DNA of 64,000 nucleotides from Vicinamibacterales bacterium (GTDB lineage: Bacteria > Acidobacteriota > Vicinamibacteria > Vicinamibacterales > UBA8438): positions 154,664-218,663 of the forward strand of contig CBDAUL010000004.1 of assembly GCA_965200475.1 (NCBI GenBank), written 5' to 3'. This document shows positions 52,794 through 61,782 of this stretch, one piece after another; positions within the stretch are counted from its first letter, which is position 1; each line of letters opens with the position of its first letter. The notes beneath the pieces are model-generated. The model was given only the letters and a program-made list of their open reading frames with translations. It was not told the origin of the DNA and did not search any database. The translations under genes and the position numbers were made by a program.

Positions 52794-54610
52794 CGCGGCT
52801 CGGAAATCACGTGCACGCGGTCGACGCCGGGCGCCGCTATGACCTGCCGCCGGCCGGACGGCCAGCGGATGACCAGCTCCTCGACGGTTGCGTGCGCTCC
52901 CAGGCCGTAGTGCAGCCGCCGCTGATTCTGCGCGCTGAATCCGCTCCCGCCGCTCACCACCTGACGCTGGCGCACGCCGTTCCACACGAGCTCGACGACC
53001 GCGCCGATGGCGCCCGCGTTGCCGGCCGTGCCGCGCAGCTCCACGCCGAGCCAGTGCCGATCGGGACTGACGGTGTTGCGGTACACGAGCAGCGGACCCC
53101 GCTGGTTCGCGACAATCACGTCGAGCGCGCCGCGGTTCCACAGGTCGGCCAGCGCCACGGCCCGCCCGTCGTGGCGGTCCCTCGCGCCGACCACCTGGCC
53201 GACCTCGACGAAGCGACCGCTTCCGTCGTTCAGCCAGACGCGCGGCGGCTGGAATCCGGACAGGCTGCGCCCGCGCATCGGCGGCCAGTTCCGGGCGTCG
53301 GCAATGATGGCGCTGTGCCCCACCGCGATACGCGAGAAGTCGTACCAGTAGCTCGCGGGGTCCTCGCCCGACACGTTGCCGTTCACCAGGTACAGGTCGA
53401 GCGTGCCGTCGTTGTTCAGGTCGCCGAACTGCGCCCCCCAGCTCCAGCCCCCGAGGTCGACGCCCAGGCTCGACGCCAGGTTGTCGTAGACCAGCTCCCC
53501 GGGCGCGCCCCCCGCCCGCGGCACCCAGAGGTTGTTGGCCTGGATCAGGATCCCCGGTTCGGAGATGTTGGTCTCGTAGATCGCCAGCCGCCCGTCGTTG
53601 AACACGTCGCCGAACGCGGCGTTCATTCCGCTCTTCGGCGCCCGTCCGACGCCCGTCGGCCGGGCCGCATCGACGAACCGTCCGTCCCCCTGGTTCAGGT
53701 AGAGCTGCGACACGCCGTAGTCGTTCGCGAGAAACAGGTCCGGGTAGCCGTTGGCCGACACGTCCGCGGCGGCGGCCGCCAGCGTCCAGCGCCGCGTGTC
53801 GATGCCCGCTGCCCGCGTCACGTCCTCGAACGCGCCGCGGCCGTCGTTGCGGAGGAGATACTTGCGCCCGCCGTTCTCCGCGTACTCGAAGCTCTCGGGC
53901 ATGATGCGCGTCGTCTCGAGCCGCCAGAGATCCACCGCCTCGGACCAGTAGCCGGCGAGCAGCAGGTCCAGCCAGCCGTCGCGGTCGTAGTCGAGCCAAA
54001 TCGCCGCGTTGGCGTTCACCCAGGCGGGCAGCCCCGCCTCGTCGGTCACGCGCCGGAACGCAGCACCCTCCACGTTCCGAAACAGCTCCGGCCGCCCATA
54101 CTTGTAGACGAACAGATCCTCGAAACCGTCGTTGTCGTAGTCGCCCCAGACCGCGCCCATCGAGACGCCGGCTCCCGGCCGGTTCACGTCGGCCACCCCG
54201 GCGCGATCGGCCACGTCCTCGAACGTGCCGTCGGCCCGGTTGCGGTACAGCCGGTTGCGGGCCCCGTGCCGGCTGTTGGTGACGTAGAAGTCCTGCCAGC
54301 CGTCGCGATCGAAGTCCGCGACGGCGACGGCCGCCCCGACCGACGCCACGTTGGGCATGATGTGCGCGAGCCGCGCATCGAACGTCGGCGCTTGGTGCAG
54401 GAAGTCGATGCCGGCGGCCCGCGACACCTCGTCCAGCCGGAACCCGTAGCGGGCCATCGCGGTCGGCTCGTCAGACCGCCCGCCGGCCGCGCCGCCGCCG
54501 GCACGGTTCAGCACGGCGACCCCGCCGAGGAGGGCGACGAAGCCGCACGTGACGATCGCCCGCAGCACGCGGGGACGCGTGAGCGCGGTCGGCGGCGGCC
54601 CGGGGGTCAT
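52790..54610 (-). CDS. CRTAC1-family protein (FG-GAP/VCBS repeats + ASPIC/UnbV domain)
   Basis: DFDRDGWQD, DYDNDGFED, DYDRDGWLD and DLNNDGTLD motifs. C-terminal AIGAVVEL......Q.V.SGGSGFSAQN..RLHYGLG......L.IRWPSG. ATGA overlap at 54607-54610. Confidence 0.85.
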   Translation of the reverse strand: MTPGPPPTALTRPRVLRAIVTCGFVALLGGVAVLNRAGGGAAGGRSDEPTAMARYGFRLDEVSRAAGIDFLHQAPTFDARLAHIMPNVASVGAAVAVADFDRDGWQDFYVTNSRHGARNRLYRNRADGTFEDVADRAGVADVNRPGAGVSMGAVWGDYDNDGFEDLFVYKYGRPELFRNVEGAAFRRVTDEAGLPAWVNANAAIWLDYDRDGWLDLLLAGYWSEAVDLWRLETTRIMPESFEYAENGGRKYLLRNDGRGAFEDVTRAAGIDTRRWTLAAAAADVSANGYPDLFLANDYGVSQLYLNQGDGRFVDAARPTGVGRAPKSGMNAAFGDVFNDGRLAIYETNISEPGILIQANNLWVPRAGGAPGELVYDNLASSLGVDLGGWSWGAQFGDLNNDGTLDLYLVNGNVSGEDPASYWYDFSRIAVGHSAIIADARNWPPMRGRSLSGFQPPRVWLNDGSGRFVEVGQVVGARDRHDGRAVALADLWNRGALDVIVANQRGPLLVYRNTVSPDRHWLGVELRGTAGNAGAIGAVVELVWNGVRQRQVVSGGSGFSAQNQRRLHYGLGAHATVEELVIRWPSGRRQVIAAPGVDRVHVISEPR

Positions 54611-57600
54611 GGCAACTCGGCCGCCGGGCCGCCCAGGAACCGATCGGGCGTCACGAAGCGCGTGTGGTACCTCTGCCAGTCGTCCGGATGGCGGCGGTAC
54701 ACGGGATCGTCCTCCAGCGGGGGCACGCCCGCCGCTGCGCCGTACGCCGGCCGGTCGTGCGACGGCAGGGGCCGCACCGTCCGCGAGAAGGTCGTGTTGT
54801 AGTCCCCGTCCTTCACCCAGCCGTCGCCGATGAGGACGAAGTGGCGGGCGTAGCCGTCGGGGGGCGCCGGCGGCGCGGGGAACCGGAGCTGCAACTCGTC
54901 GCCGGCGTTCATGATGACGTAGCGATCGTCGACGCGCGCGAGCAGCTCGCGCACGTCGCCGAAGCGGGTGTGGTACCCGACCAGGTCGCGCCACCGCTGC
55001 GCGACGTTCGCCAGTCGGTCGTAGTGCGGCAGCTCCAGGCGCCGCGGTCCTTCGAACCTCGTGCGCGAGAAGCCCCGGTAGCGCAGCTCCGCGGTCGCGG
55101 GATCCAGCCGCATCGTGTCGAGCGCCGTTGCGGGGACGCCGGCGGCGTACGCCAGCCAGTCCCAGTACACCTCGAGATTGGTGCGCAGGCGCAGGCGTGG
55201 ATTGCCGGCGGCCACGAGCGCGGGGCGCAGATCGACCACGATCGTCTTGTTCTTGCCGGCAGGAAACCCCAGGTCGGGATAGACGACCCGCCACTTGCCG
55301 GACGGCTCCCGAACGTCCAGGGCCAGCCCCTGCGGCACGGGGCGACCGCGCTGGCCCAGCGCGACGTTGATGCTGCTGTCGGTCGGATAGACCCAGCCGT
55401 TGCCGATCAGCCACAGCGGGCCGTCTGCCGGGAACGGTTCGCCCAGGCTGAACTCGACGAAGTGGTCGCCCGCCACGCCCTGGTAGGCGCCCCGCTCGAA
55501 CGTGGCGAGGTAGCGGCCGTCGCGGCGGCTGACGATCTCCGTCACGTCCAGGCCGGCGTCGTCCCGGGCCCGGGACACTGGGCGCGGCGGCTTGGTCGCC
55601 CTGACTTCCAGCACCGGAGCCTCCCGCGAGAAGCGCTCGTCGACGAACACCTCCACGTCGCGGGGGCGATCGACCACCAGCAGGGCGACGTGGTCGAGGA
55701 AGTGGGTCTCCCACAGCTCCGCGGTGATCCGCACGTCGTAGGCGCCGTCGCGCGCCGCGAGCTGATCGCCGCGGATCTTCACCCAGTCCTCGGTCTGGGA
55801 CACCTCGGCCGTGTCCTGCGCGTTGATGCGCAGGCCGAGCGGTGAGCGCCAGATGAAGTCGGTCACGAAGCGGTAGCCCTCGCCGTCGTGGGTGAACACC
55901 CACGGACAGGAGCCCTTCAGCCGCTGCTCGGCCACGAGGACGCCGTCCGCCCGCGGGTCGAACTCGGCCTGCACGACTCCGTTGGGCCACACGATCCGCA
56001 CCACGTCCGCGGCGGCGCGCGCACCGAGGCCGAAGTGCACCGGCGCGCCGGTGAGCACCTGCTTCTGCACCAGCAGGCCGGCGCGGATCTCCACCTCCCC
56101 GCCGACGCCGAACGAGTTGATGCGCTGGTCGCCGGCCTCGACCTGGGCCCGCGGGCGCACCACCTGCCAGTGGTAGGCGCGCCGGCCGCGGCCGTGCAGC
56201 CAGACAGGCCGGCCGGCGTCGAGGCCGAGCAGATCGAGTCGCCCGTCGCCGTTCGCGTCGGCGACGCCGAAGATCTCCGCGTTGGGCGCGGCCGGCAACG
56301 GCTGCAGCACGCGGTGCTCGTCGGCCAGCCAGATGCCGGTTCCGGAGGGTCCCGAGCCGACGAGATCCAGGGCCCCGTTGTTGTCCAGATCGGCCAGCAG
56401 GAGTCGCCGGCTCCCCGGTTCGCCGCCGCCGGCCGCGCCCGGCCACTCGACGAGCGGCTCTCGCTGCCACGCGGTCTCCCCGGCCGAGACGCGCCAGATG
56501 CCGCCGGCCGACGCCAGCGCCACAAGATCGAGCCGTCCGTCGGCATCGACGTCACCCAACGTGATCGCGTGCACTGCCGGCAAACCGTCGGGTGCCTGCC
56601 AGCGCCGGAATTGTCCCGCCTGGCGGTTGGCGAACAGATGCAGGCTGCCGGCCGCGTCCAGCAGGGCGGCGTCGGGGTCGCCGTCGCGATCCAGATCGCC
56701 CCAGGCGAAGTCGCGGACGCCGACAACGCTCCCGAACGGCTGCGTGCGAAGCCAGGTCCCGTCCCCGGCGTTCCGCAGGACGACCACGCTGCCGTCGTCG
56801 ACGCCGGCCACGATGTCGAGGTCGCCATCCATCTCGACATCGGCGGCCCACGCGCCGGAGCAAGCGACGCCGGCCAGCTCCCCAACCTCCGGCCCATCAG
56901 TCCCCGCCGGGGCGAACACGCCGTCCGGACCCTGCAGCAGCAGCCGCAGCCCGCCCGCACCGGCCAGCACGAGATCGGTCCGGAAGTCGTGGTTCCAGTC
57001 GAGCGCCAGCAGTCCGCGGCCGGCCGGCGGCAAGCCGCGCGCACCGCCCGGAAACGGGAGCGCCGCTTCCCGCGCTCCGGGCCGCCAAGCCTCCCGGCCG
57101 GTGGCCGCGAACGCGGTCGCCGTACCGCCGTCGTCCGGCGGTAGAACCAGCAGCGCGCTCGGCGGCGGCGCCCCGCCGGACTCGAGCGGCTCCGAGGCGA
57201 ACGTCAACGCGACGTCCGGCGGCGCCGCGGCCGGGCTGGCCGCCGGCAGCGCCAGGAAACGGTCGAACGGTTCCCCGATCAGCTCCGGCGGGACCTGGAC
57301 GGCCGCGAGGCTGGTCCGAAACGCCGCGACGCGCACCAGGACGTTGCGCAGCACGGCCAGGGTCGTCGCGGCCCGCCGGAAATCGCCCGCGTCGGCCGCC
57401 CCCTGCAGCACGCGGTGCTGCTCGGCGGCCAGCGGCGGCCAGCCGTCCGCCAGCGCCGCGAGACGGCCCGCCGCGGTCCGCAGCGCGGGTCCGTCAGCCC
57501 GCTTGGCAGCCAGCCGGGCCTGCTCGATACGGACCGCCAAGTTTTCGCGCTGGAGCAGGATCGCGTCGAGCTGCTGCTGCGCGCGCCGGTCCGCGTCGGG

Positions 57601-58107
57601 TCCGCCGGCCCGCTCGGCCGCCGCGGCGAGCGCGAAGCGCGCCCGCGCGCCGTCCGGTTGCAGGTCGACCGCCCGGCGCAGATGGACGAGGCCCTCCTCG
57701 ACACGACCCTCCGCTCCGGCCAGCAGGCCCTGCAGAAGGGCGATCGCGGCGCTCGCCGGGGCCAGCTCCTGCGCGCGGGCGAGCGGACCCGCCGCCTCGC
57801 CGGCCGCGCCCTGCCGCGCACGGGTCAGACCGAGGTTGGCCCAGGCGGCCGGCTCCGCGGGAGCGAGCTCCGTTGCCCGGGTGAACTCGGCCGCCGCGTC
57901 GTCGAGCAACCCGACGTCGAGGGCCGCCAGGCCGCGGTAGAAGCGGCGGGCGGTCTCGCGGTACGTCCTGGAATCGGGGTGGGGTAGCCCGTCGTCACGC
58001 AGGTGCAGGAGGTAGCTGCCGACGCCGGCCGCGGCCAGCGCCACCGCCAACGCGGCGCCAACAACGATCGCCCGCGCCGGTCGTCCGGGTTTCGGCGTCT
58101 CGTGCAA
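54607..58107 (-). CDS. Large TPR + FG-GAP/VCBS + UnbV-like protein with about 480-aa C-terminal domain of unknown function
   Basis: TTG start. N-terminal TM segment and TPR-like region. DVEMDGDLD, DLDRDGDPD, DVDADGRLD, DLDNNGALD and DANGDGRLD motifs. INSFGVGGEVEIRAG...HFGLG....VRIVWPNG. Confidence 0.8.
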   Translation of the reverse strand: MHETPKPGRPARAIVVGAALAVALAAAGVGSYLLHLRDDGLPHPDSRTYRETARRFYRGLAALDVGLLDDAAAEFTRATELAPAEPAAWANLGLTRARQGAAGEAAGPLARAQELAPASAAIALLQGLLAGAEGRVEEGLVHLRRAVDLQPDGARARFALAAAAERAGGPDADRRAQQQLDAILLQRENLAVRIEQARLAAKRADGPALRTAAGRLAALADGWPPLAAEQHRVLQGAADAGDFRRAATTLAVLRNVLVRVAAFRTSLAAVQVPPELIGEPFDRFLALPAASPAAAPPDVALTFASEPLESGGAPPPSALLVLPPDDGGTATAFAATGREAWRPGAREAALPFPGGARGLPPAGRGLLALDWNHDFRTDLVLAGAGGLRLLLQGPDGVFAPAGTDGPEVGELAGVACSGAWAADVEMDGDLDIVAGVDDGSVVVLRNAGDGTWLRTQPFGSVVGVRDFAWGDLDRDGDPDAALLDAAGSLHLFANRQAGQFRRWQAPDGLPAVHAITLGDVDADGRLDLVALASAGGIWRVSAGETAWQREPLVEWPGAAGGGEPGSRRLLLADLDNNGALDLVGSGPSGTGIWLADEHRVLQPLPAAPNAEIFGVADANGDGRLDLLGLDAGRPVWLHGRGRRAYHWQVVRPRAQVEAGDQRINSFGVGGEVEIRAGLLVQKQVLTGAPVHFGLGARAAADVVRIVWPNGVVQAEFDPRADGVLVAEQRLKGSCPWVFTHDGEGYRFVTDFIWRSPLGLRINAQDTAEVSQTEDWVKIRGDQLAARDGAYDVRITAELWETHFLDHVALLVVDRPRDVEVFVDERFSREAPVLEVRATKPPRPVSRARDDAGLDVTEIVSRRDGRYLATFERGAYQGVAGDHFVEFSLGEPFPADGPLWLIGNGWVYPTDSSINVALGQRGRPVPQGLALDVREPSGKWRVVYPDLGFPAGKNKTIVVDLRPALVAAGNPRLRLRTNLEVYWDWLAYAAGVPATALDTMRLDPATAELRYRGFSRTRFEGPRRLELPHYDRLANVAQRWRDLVGYHTRFGDVRELLARVDDRYVIMNAGDELQLRFPAPPAPPDGYARHFVLIGDGWVKDGDYNTTFSRTVRPLPSHDRPAYGAAAGVPPLEDDPVYRRHPDDWQRYHTRFVTPDRFLGGPAAELP

Positions 58108-58250
58108 TCGCGAAGGGCAGGCCGCAAGCCGTTGTCGTGCCCGTCCCGGCGATTGTCAACGCCGGGCCGGGTGCACGTCAAGATCGCATGCCGAATCGGG
58201 CCAGGGACGGCTCGGCGCGCTCGCGGCGGCGCTGCGTCGCCAGATGACGC

Positions 58251-59822
58251 TCAGGGCATGGCGCGCTCGGTCCATGGCGTGCGGCTCGGCTGCCCGCCCT
58301 CATACAACGCGAGGTTGTCGGCCATGCCGTCCAGGTCCGCCCCGCCTGCGGCGCGCGCCGCCTCCAGCACCCGGCGCTGGAGCGCCGCCGCCTCGTCGTG
58401 GCGCCCGACCTCGGCCAGCGCCATCGCCCGCGTCTCGTCCCGCTCGACGGACTCCCCCGGCGCAAGCCCCGCCAGGAGGGCGAGCGCCCGGGGACCGTCG
58501 CGCACCGCGTCGTCGGGCGCCGCCGCGAGCAGGCGCGCGGCGGCCAGCGGGAACAGCTCGTCGGCCGGGTGCGCACGCGCTCCGGCGTCCAGCTCGGCTA
58601 GCGCCTCGCCGTAGCGCCCGAGCTGCACCAGCGCCATCGCGCCGCCGAACTGCGCCTCGGCGATGCCCGGGGCAAGCCGCGCAACGCGCGCGTAGTGCGC
58701 GAGCGCATCGCGCGGCCTGCCGCTGTGCCGCAGCATGTCGGCCAGCACGAGACGCGCCTCCACGTGCGCCGGGTCGTGGCGGACCGCCGCGGTGAAGCGC
58801 GCCAGCGCGGCGTCGAAGCGGCCAGCCGACGCCATCAGCACGCCCAGGCTGAAATGCGCCTGCGCGAACGACGGCGAGAGCCGAATCGCCGCCTGGAACT
58901 GCTCCTGCGCGGCCCGCGGGTCACCCAGGACGAACAGCGCGGTGCCGAGCCGGTGGCGGGGCGACGGGTCGTCCGGCGCCAGCGCGATGGCCTCGCGGAA
59001 GTAGCCCGCGGCGGCCTCCCACTGCTCGCGCTCGAGCGCCCGGACGCCGCTCGCCTCGTACGCGCTCGCGCTCCGCAGCACGGCCGCGAGCTCCCGCATC
59101 AGCGGATCGGCCAGGACGACCTCGCGATCGCCGCGCCGCGCCAGATGCGCCCGCGCGCGCTCGAGGTCGCCGAGCCCCCGGTACGCCATGGCCAGCGAAT
59201 ACTCCGCGACCGTCGCCTCGGGCTCCGCCGCCAGCACCCCCTCCAGCCGCTCCACGGCCCGCTCGTAGTCCCCCTGCGCGAGCGCGGCGCGCCCGACGCC
59301 CCACAGCCCCGCGACCAGCCCGGGCTGCAGCGCCAGGGCCCGCTCGAACGACCGCTCCGCGTCCGCCGCCCGGCCCTGGGCCAGATGCGCCTCGCCGAGC
59401 CAGACGAGCGTCGGAACGTCGTCCGACGCCAACGCCAGGGCCGCCTCGAAGGCGCGCGCCGACGCCGCGTGGTCGGCCCGGTCCTTGTAGAGGTGGCCGA
59501 GGTAGTACGGCCAGCGGCGTTCCCCCGACGCCGCCGCGCGCGCGGCCAGCAGGCACGCCTCCGCGGCGTCGAGATACTCGGCGGCCAGGAGCAGCTTGCC
59601 CAGCTCGCCGTACGCCGCCCCGGCGTCCGTTCCCGGCGCGCCGGACAGCGCCGCGGCATGCTGAGCCTCGAGCTGGCCCCGGACAGATGCCGCGGCCTCG
59701 GACAGATCGGGCAGGGCGCAGTCGGGCGCCGCAGTCGCCGGCTCCCGGGCGGGAACGGCCGGCGGGAACGACGCAAGCCAGGCCGCGAGCGCGAGCGCCG
59801 CTCCAGCGCGCGGTCGCGTCAT
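58251..59822 (-). CDS. Secreted tetratricopeptide-repeat protein
   Basis: C-terminal 523 aa of ORF 58251..60092. Signal peptide. Repeated A...(F/Y)..A(L/I)...P....A...LG TPR patterns. ATGA overlap at 59819-59822. Confidence 0.8.
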   Translation of the reverse strand: MTRPRAGAALALAAWLASFPPAVPAREPATAAPDCALPDLSEAAASVRGQLEAQHAAALSGAPGTDAGAAYGELGKLLLAAEYLDAAEACLLAARAAASGERRWPYYLGHLYKDRADHAASARAFEAALALASDDVPTLVWLGEAHLAQGRAADAERSFERALALQPGLVAGLWGVGRAALAQGDYERAVERLEGVLAAEPEATVAEYSLAMAYRGLGDLERARAHLARRGDREVVLADPLMRELAAVLRSASAYEASGVRALEREQWEAAAGYFREAIALAPDDPSPRHRLGTALFVLGDPRAAQEQFQAAIRLSPSFAQAHFSLGVLMASAGRFDAALARFTAAVRHDPAHVEARLVLADMLRHSGRPRDALAHYARVARLAPGIAEAQFGGAMALVQLGRYGEALAELDAGARAHPADELFPLAAARLLAAAPDDAVRDGPRALALLAGLAPGESVERDETRAMALAEVGRHDEAAALQRRVLEAARAAGGADLDGMADNLALYEGGQPSRTPWTERAMP

Positions 59823-61615
59823 CGGCTGCCGCCTTCGGTCAGGGTCACCCAGCCGCCCGTCGGCAGCCCGGTCCACACGTCGCTGCCGCCGCCCGGCCAC
59901 TCCACTCGCACGTCCACCCGTGCGGCGCTGCCGCCGAGACCGACGAGAACGCGCGGATCGTTGGCGGACGCGTAGCTGCCGTCCGCCCGCGCCCGCCGGA
60001 CGAGCGGCGGGCCGTCGGGCCGGGTCACGGTCACGCGCGCGCCCAGCATGTCGCGGGGCGCCGCGGCGCCCACCAGCCGCAGCCCGATCCACCGCCGCTG
60101 CTGGCCGATCCGGTTGACGAGCAGCCGCGCCGGCCCGTTGTTGTTGCCCACCAGGACGTCGAGGTCGCCGTCGTTGTCGACGTCGCCGAACGCCGCGCCC
60201 CGGCTCACCTCGACCAACCCGAAGACGTCGCCGGCGCGGCCGGTGACGTCCTCGAACCGGCCGTTGCCGAGATTGCGGAGCAGCAGGTTCGGCTCGCCGT
60301 AAGGAAAGCGTCGGTCCGGGGCGCCCTCGACACGGATGATCGCGCCGTTGGCGGCCAGCACGTCGAGCCAGCCGTCGTTGTCGAAGTCGAACCAGGTCGT
60401 ACCGAACCCCGTCAGCCCCAGGCTCGGGAGGCCCAACCCCGAGGGCATGCTGCGGTCCTCGAACAATCCCGACCCGTCGTTGACGTACAGGTTGTTCCCC
60501 TCCCGCGGCAGATGGGTCATGAACAGGTCCTCGTCCCCGTCGTTGTCGAAGTCGCCCGCGTCCACGCCCATGCTGCCCTCGGCGTCGCCGTGCGCGCTGA
60601 GGGCAGTGCCCGACAACAGCCCCAGGTCCTCGAACGTCCCGTCCCGCCGGTTCATCCAGAGCTGGTTTTCCGCGCCGTCGTTCGCCACGTACACGTCGAT
60701 CCAGCCGTCGCCGTCGAAATCGGCCGCCGTCACGCCCAGCGCCGGCCCGAAGTCGCCGCCCGTCAGGGCCGCGGCCGACACGTCGGCGAACGTGCCGTCG
60801 CCCTGATTGCGGTACAGCACGTCGGGCTGCGGGCGGAAAACCTGCGGGCTGCAGTAGTCGCGCTCACCCGCGGCGTTGCGGCAGACCATGTCCGTCTCGG
60901 GCGTGTAATGCAGGTAGTTGCCCACGAAAAGGTCCAGCCACCCGTCCCGGTCGTAGTCGAGGAACGCCGCCGACACGGCCCACCCGCCGTCGTCCGTGCC
61001 GCTCGCCCGCGACACGTCGGTAAAGGCGCCGTCGCAGGTGTTGCGAAAGAGCTGGTTGCGTCCCAGGCTCGTGACGTACAGGTCGACGCAGCCGTCGTTA
61101 TCGTAGTCGCCCGTCGCCGCGCCCATGCCGTAGCCGTCCACCTCGATGCCGCTCGCGGCGGTGACGTCCTCGAAGCGCAGCTCGCCTGACCCGCCTACGC
61201 CGATGCGCAGGTCGTTGCGGTAGAGCCGGCTCACCGGCGGCAGGCCGTCCGGAGGCGGGAAGACGGCGTCCGCGAGGGTCTTGCCGGCCCCCAGCATCCG
61301 GCCCTGCACGAGGAAGGCGTCGAGGTCGCCGTCGCGGTCGTAGTCCAGCAGAGCGCAGCCAGGAGGCAGGATCTCGGGTATGTAGAACTCGCCCGACATG
61401 CCGTTGAAGTGGGCGAAGGCGAGGCCGGCGCCCGCGGCACCGTCGACGAACCAGTCGCCGGCGCCCGACTGCTCCGGGGCGGTCGCCTCCCGCGCAGCCG
61501 TGTCGCATCCCGACACCAAGGCGCAGGCGGCCAGGAGCGCCGCCGCGAGCCTGCCGCCCGCAACTCGACGCGGGTGGAGAACGACGGCCTGCGCACCGGC
61601 GCCCATCGATCGCAT
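59819..61615 (-). CDS. CRTAC1-family lipoprotein (FG-GAP/VCBS repeats + ASPIC/UnbV domain)
   Basis: Lipobox LVSGC. DYDRDGDLD, DYDNDGCVD, DYDRDGWLD, DFDGDGWID, DFDNDGDED, DFDNDGWLD and DVDNDGDLD motifs. C-terminal UnbV-like WIGLRLVG...R.MLGARV. Confidence 0.85.
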   Translation of the reverse strand: MRSMGAGAQAVVLHPRRVAGGRLAAALLAACALVSGCDTAAREATAPEQSGAGDWFVDGAAGAGLAFAHFNGMSGEFYIPEILPPGCALLDYDRDGDLDAFLVQGRMLGAGKTLADAVFPPPDGLPPVSRLYRNDLRIGVGGSGELRFEDVTAASGIEVDGYGMGAATGDYDNDGCVDLYVTSLGRNQLFRNTCDGAFTDVSRASGTDDGGWAVSAAFLDYDRDGWLDLFVGNYLHYTPETDMVCRNAAGERDYCSPQVFRPQPDVLYRNQGDGTFADVSAAALTGGDFGPALGVTAADFDGDGWIDVYVANDGAENQLWMNRRDGTFEDLGLLSGTALSAHGDAEGSMGVDAGDFDNDGDEDLFMTHLPREGNNLYVNDGSGLFEDRSMPSGLGLPSLGLTGFGTTWFDFDNDGWLDVLAANGAIIRVEGAPDRRFPYGEPNLLLRNLGNGRFEDVTGRAGDVFGLVEVSRGAAFGDVDNDGDLDVLVGNNNGPARLLVNRIGQQRRWIGLRLVGAAAPRDMLGARVTVTRPDGPPLVRRARADGSYASANDPRVLVGLGGSAARVDVRVEWPGGGSDVWTGLPTGGWVTLTEGGSR

Positions 61616-61700
61616 CGTGGCTCTTCCGGATTAATCCCGGGTTCGTCGGCCTGCCCCTACTCTGCCAGCGGTTGCCGACGCGCGCAAGCCGCCGCCGGCA

Positions 61701-61729
61701 TTGACCGTCCTGCGCCCGGGAGCGATAAT
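61701..61729 (+). promoter_or_regulatory. Sigma70-like promoter TTGACC-N17-GATAAT upstream of the A4-B4 operon
   Basis: Hexamers and 17-nt spacer read directly from the sequence, about 55 nt upstream of the GGGAGG RBS and GTG 61783. Confidence 0.4.
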
Positions 61730-61782
61730 CGACGGACATCCGCAAGATCGTGAACGGGTTGTTCCTATCCGGGAGGTCCGAC

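Noticed and set aside
48615-52910. 1431-aa plus-strand ORF. Similar long ORFs occur at 19088..21736(-), 14122..17775(-), 22868..24835(-), 36848..38842(+) and 40657..43047(+).
   Set aside because: These are antisense or alternate-frame to genes with clear family motifs. Their composition is low-complexity R/A/G/P.
58108-58250. Perfect TTGACA (minus strand) in the 143-nt gap upstream of gene 54607..58107, considered as a promoter.
   Set aside because: There is no acceptable -10 hexamer at 16-19 nt spacing; the best is GACAAC. It is not reported as a feature.
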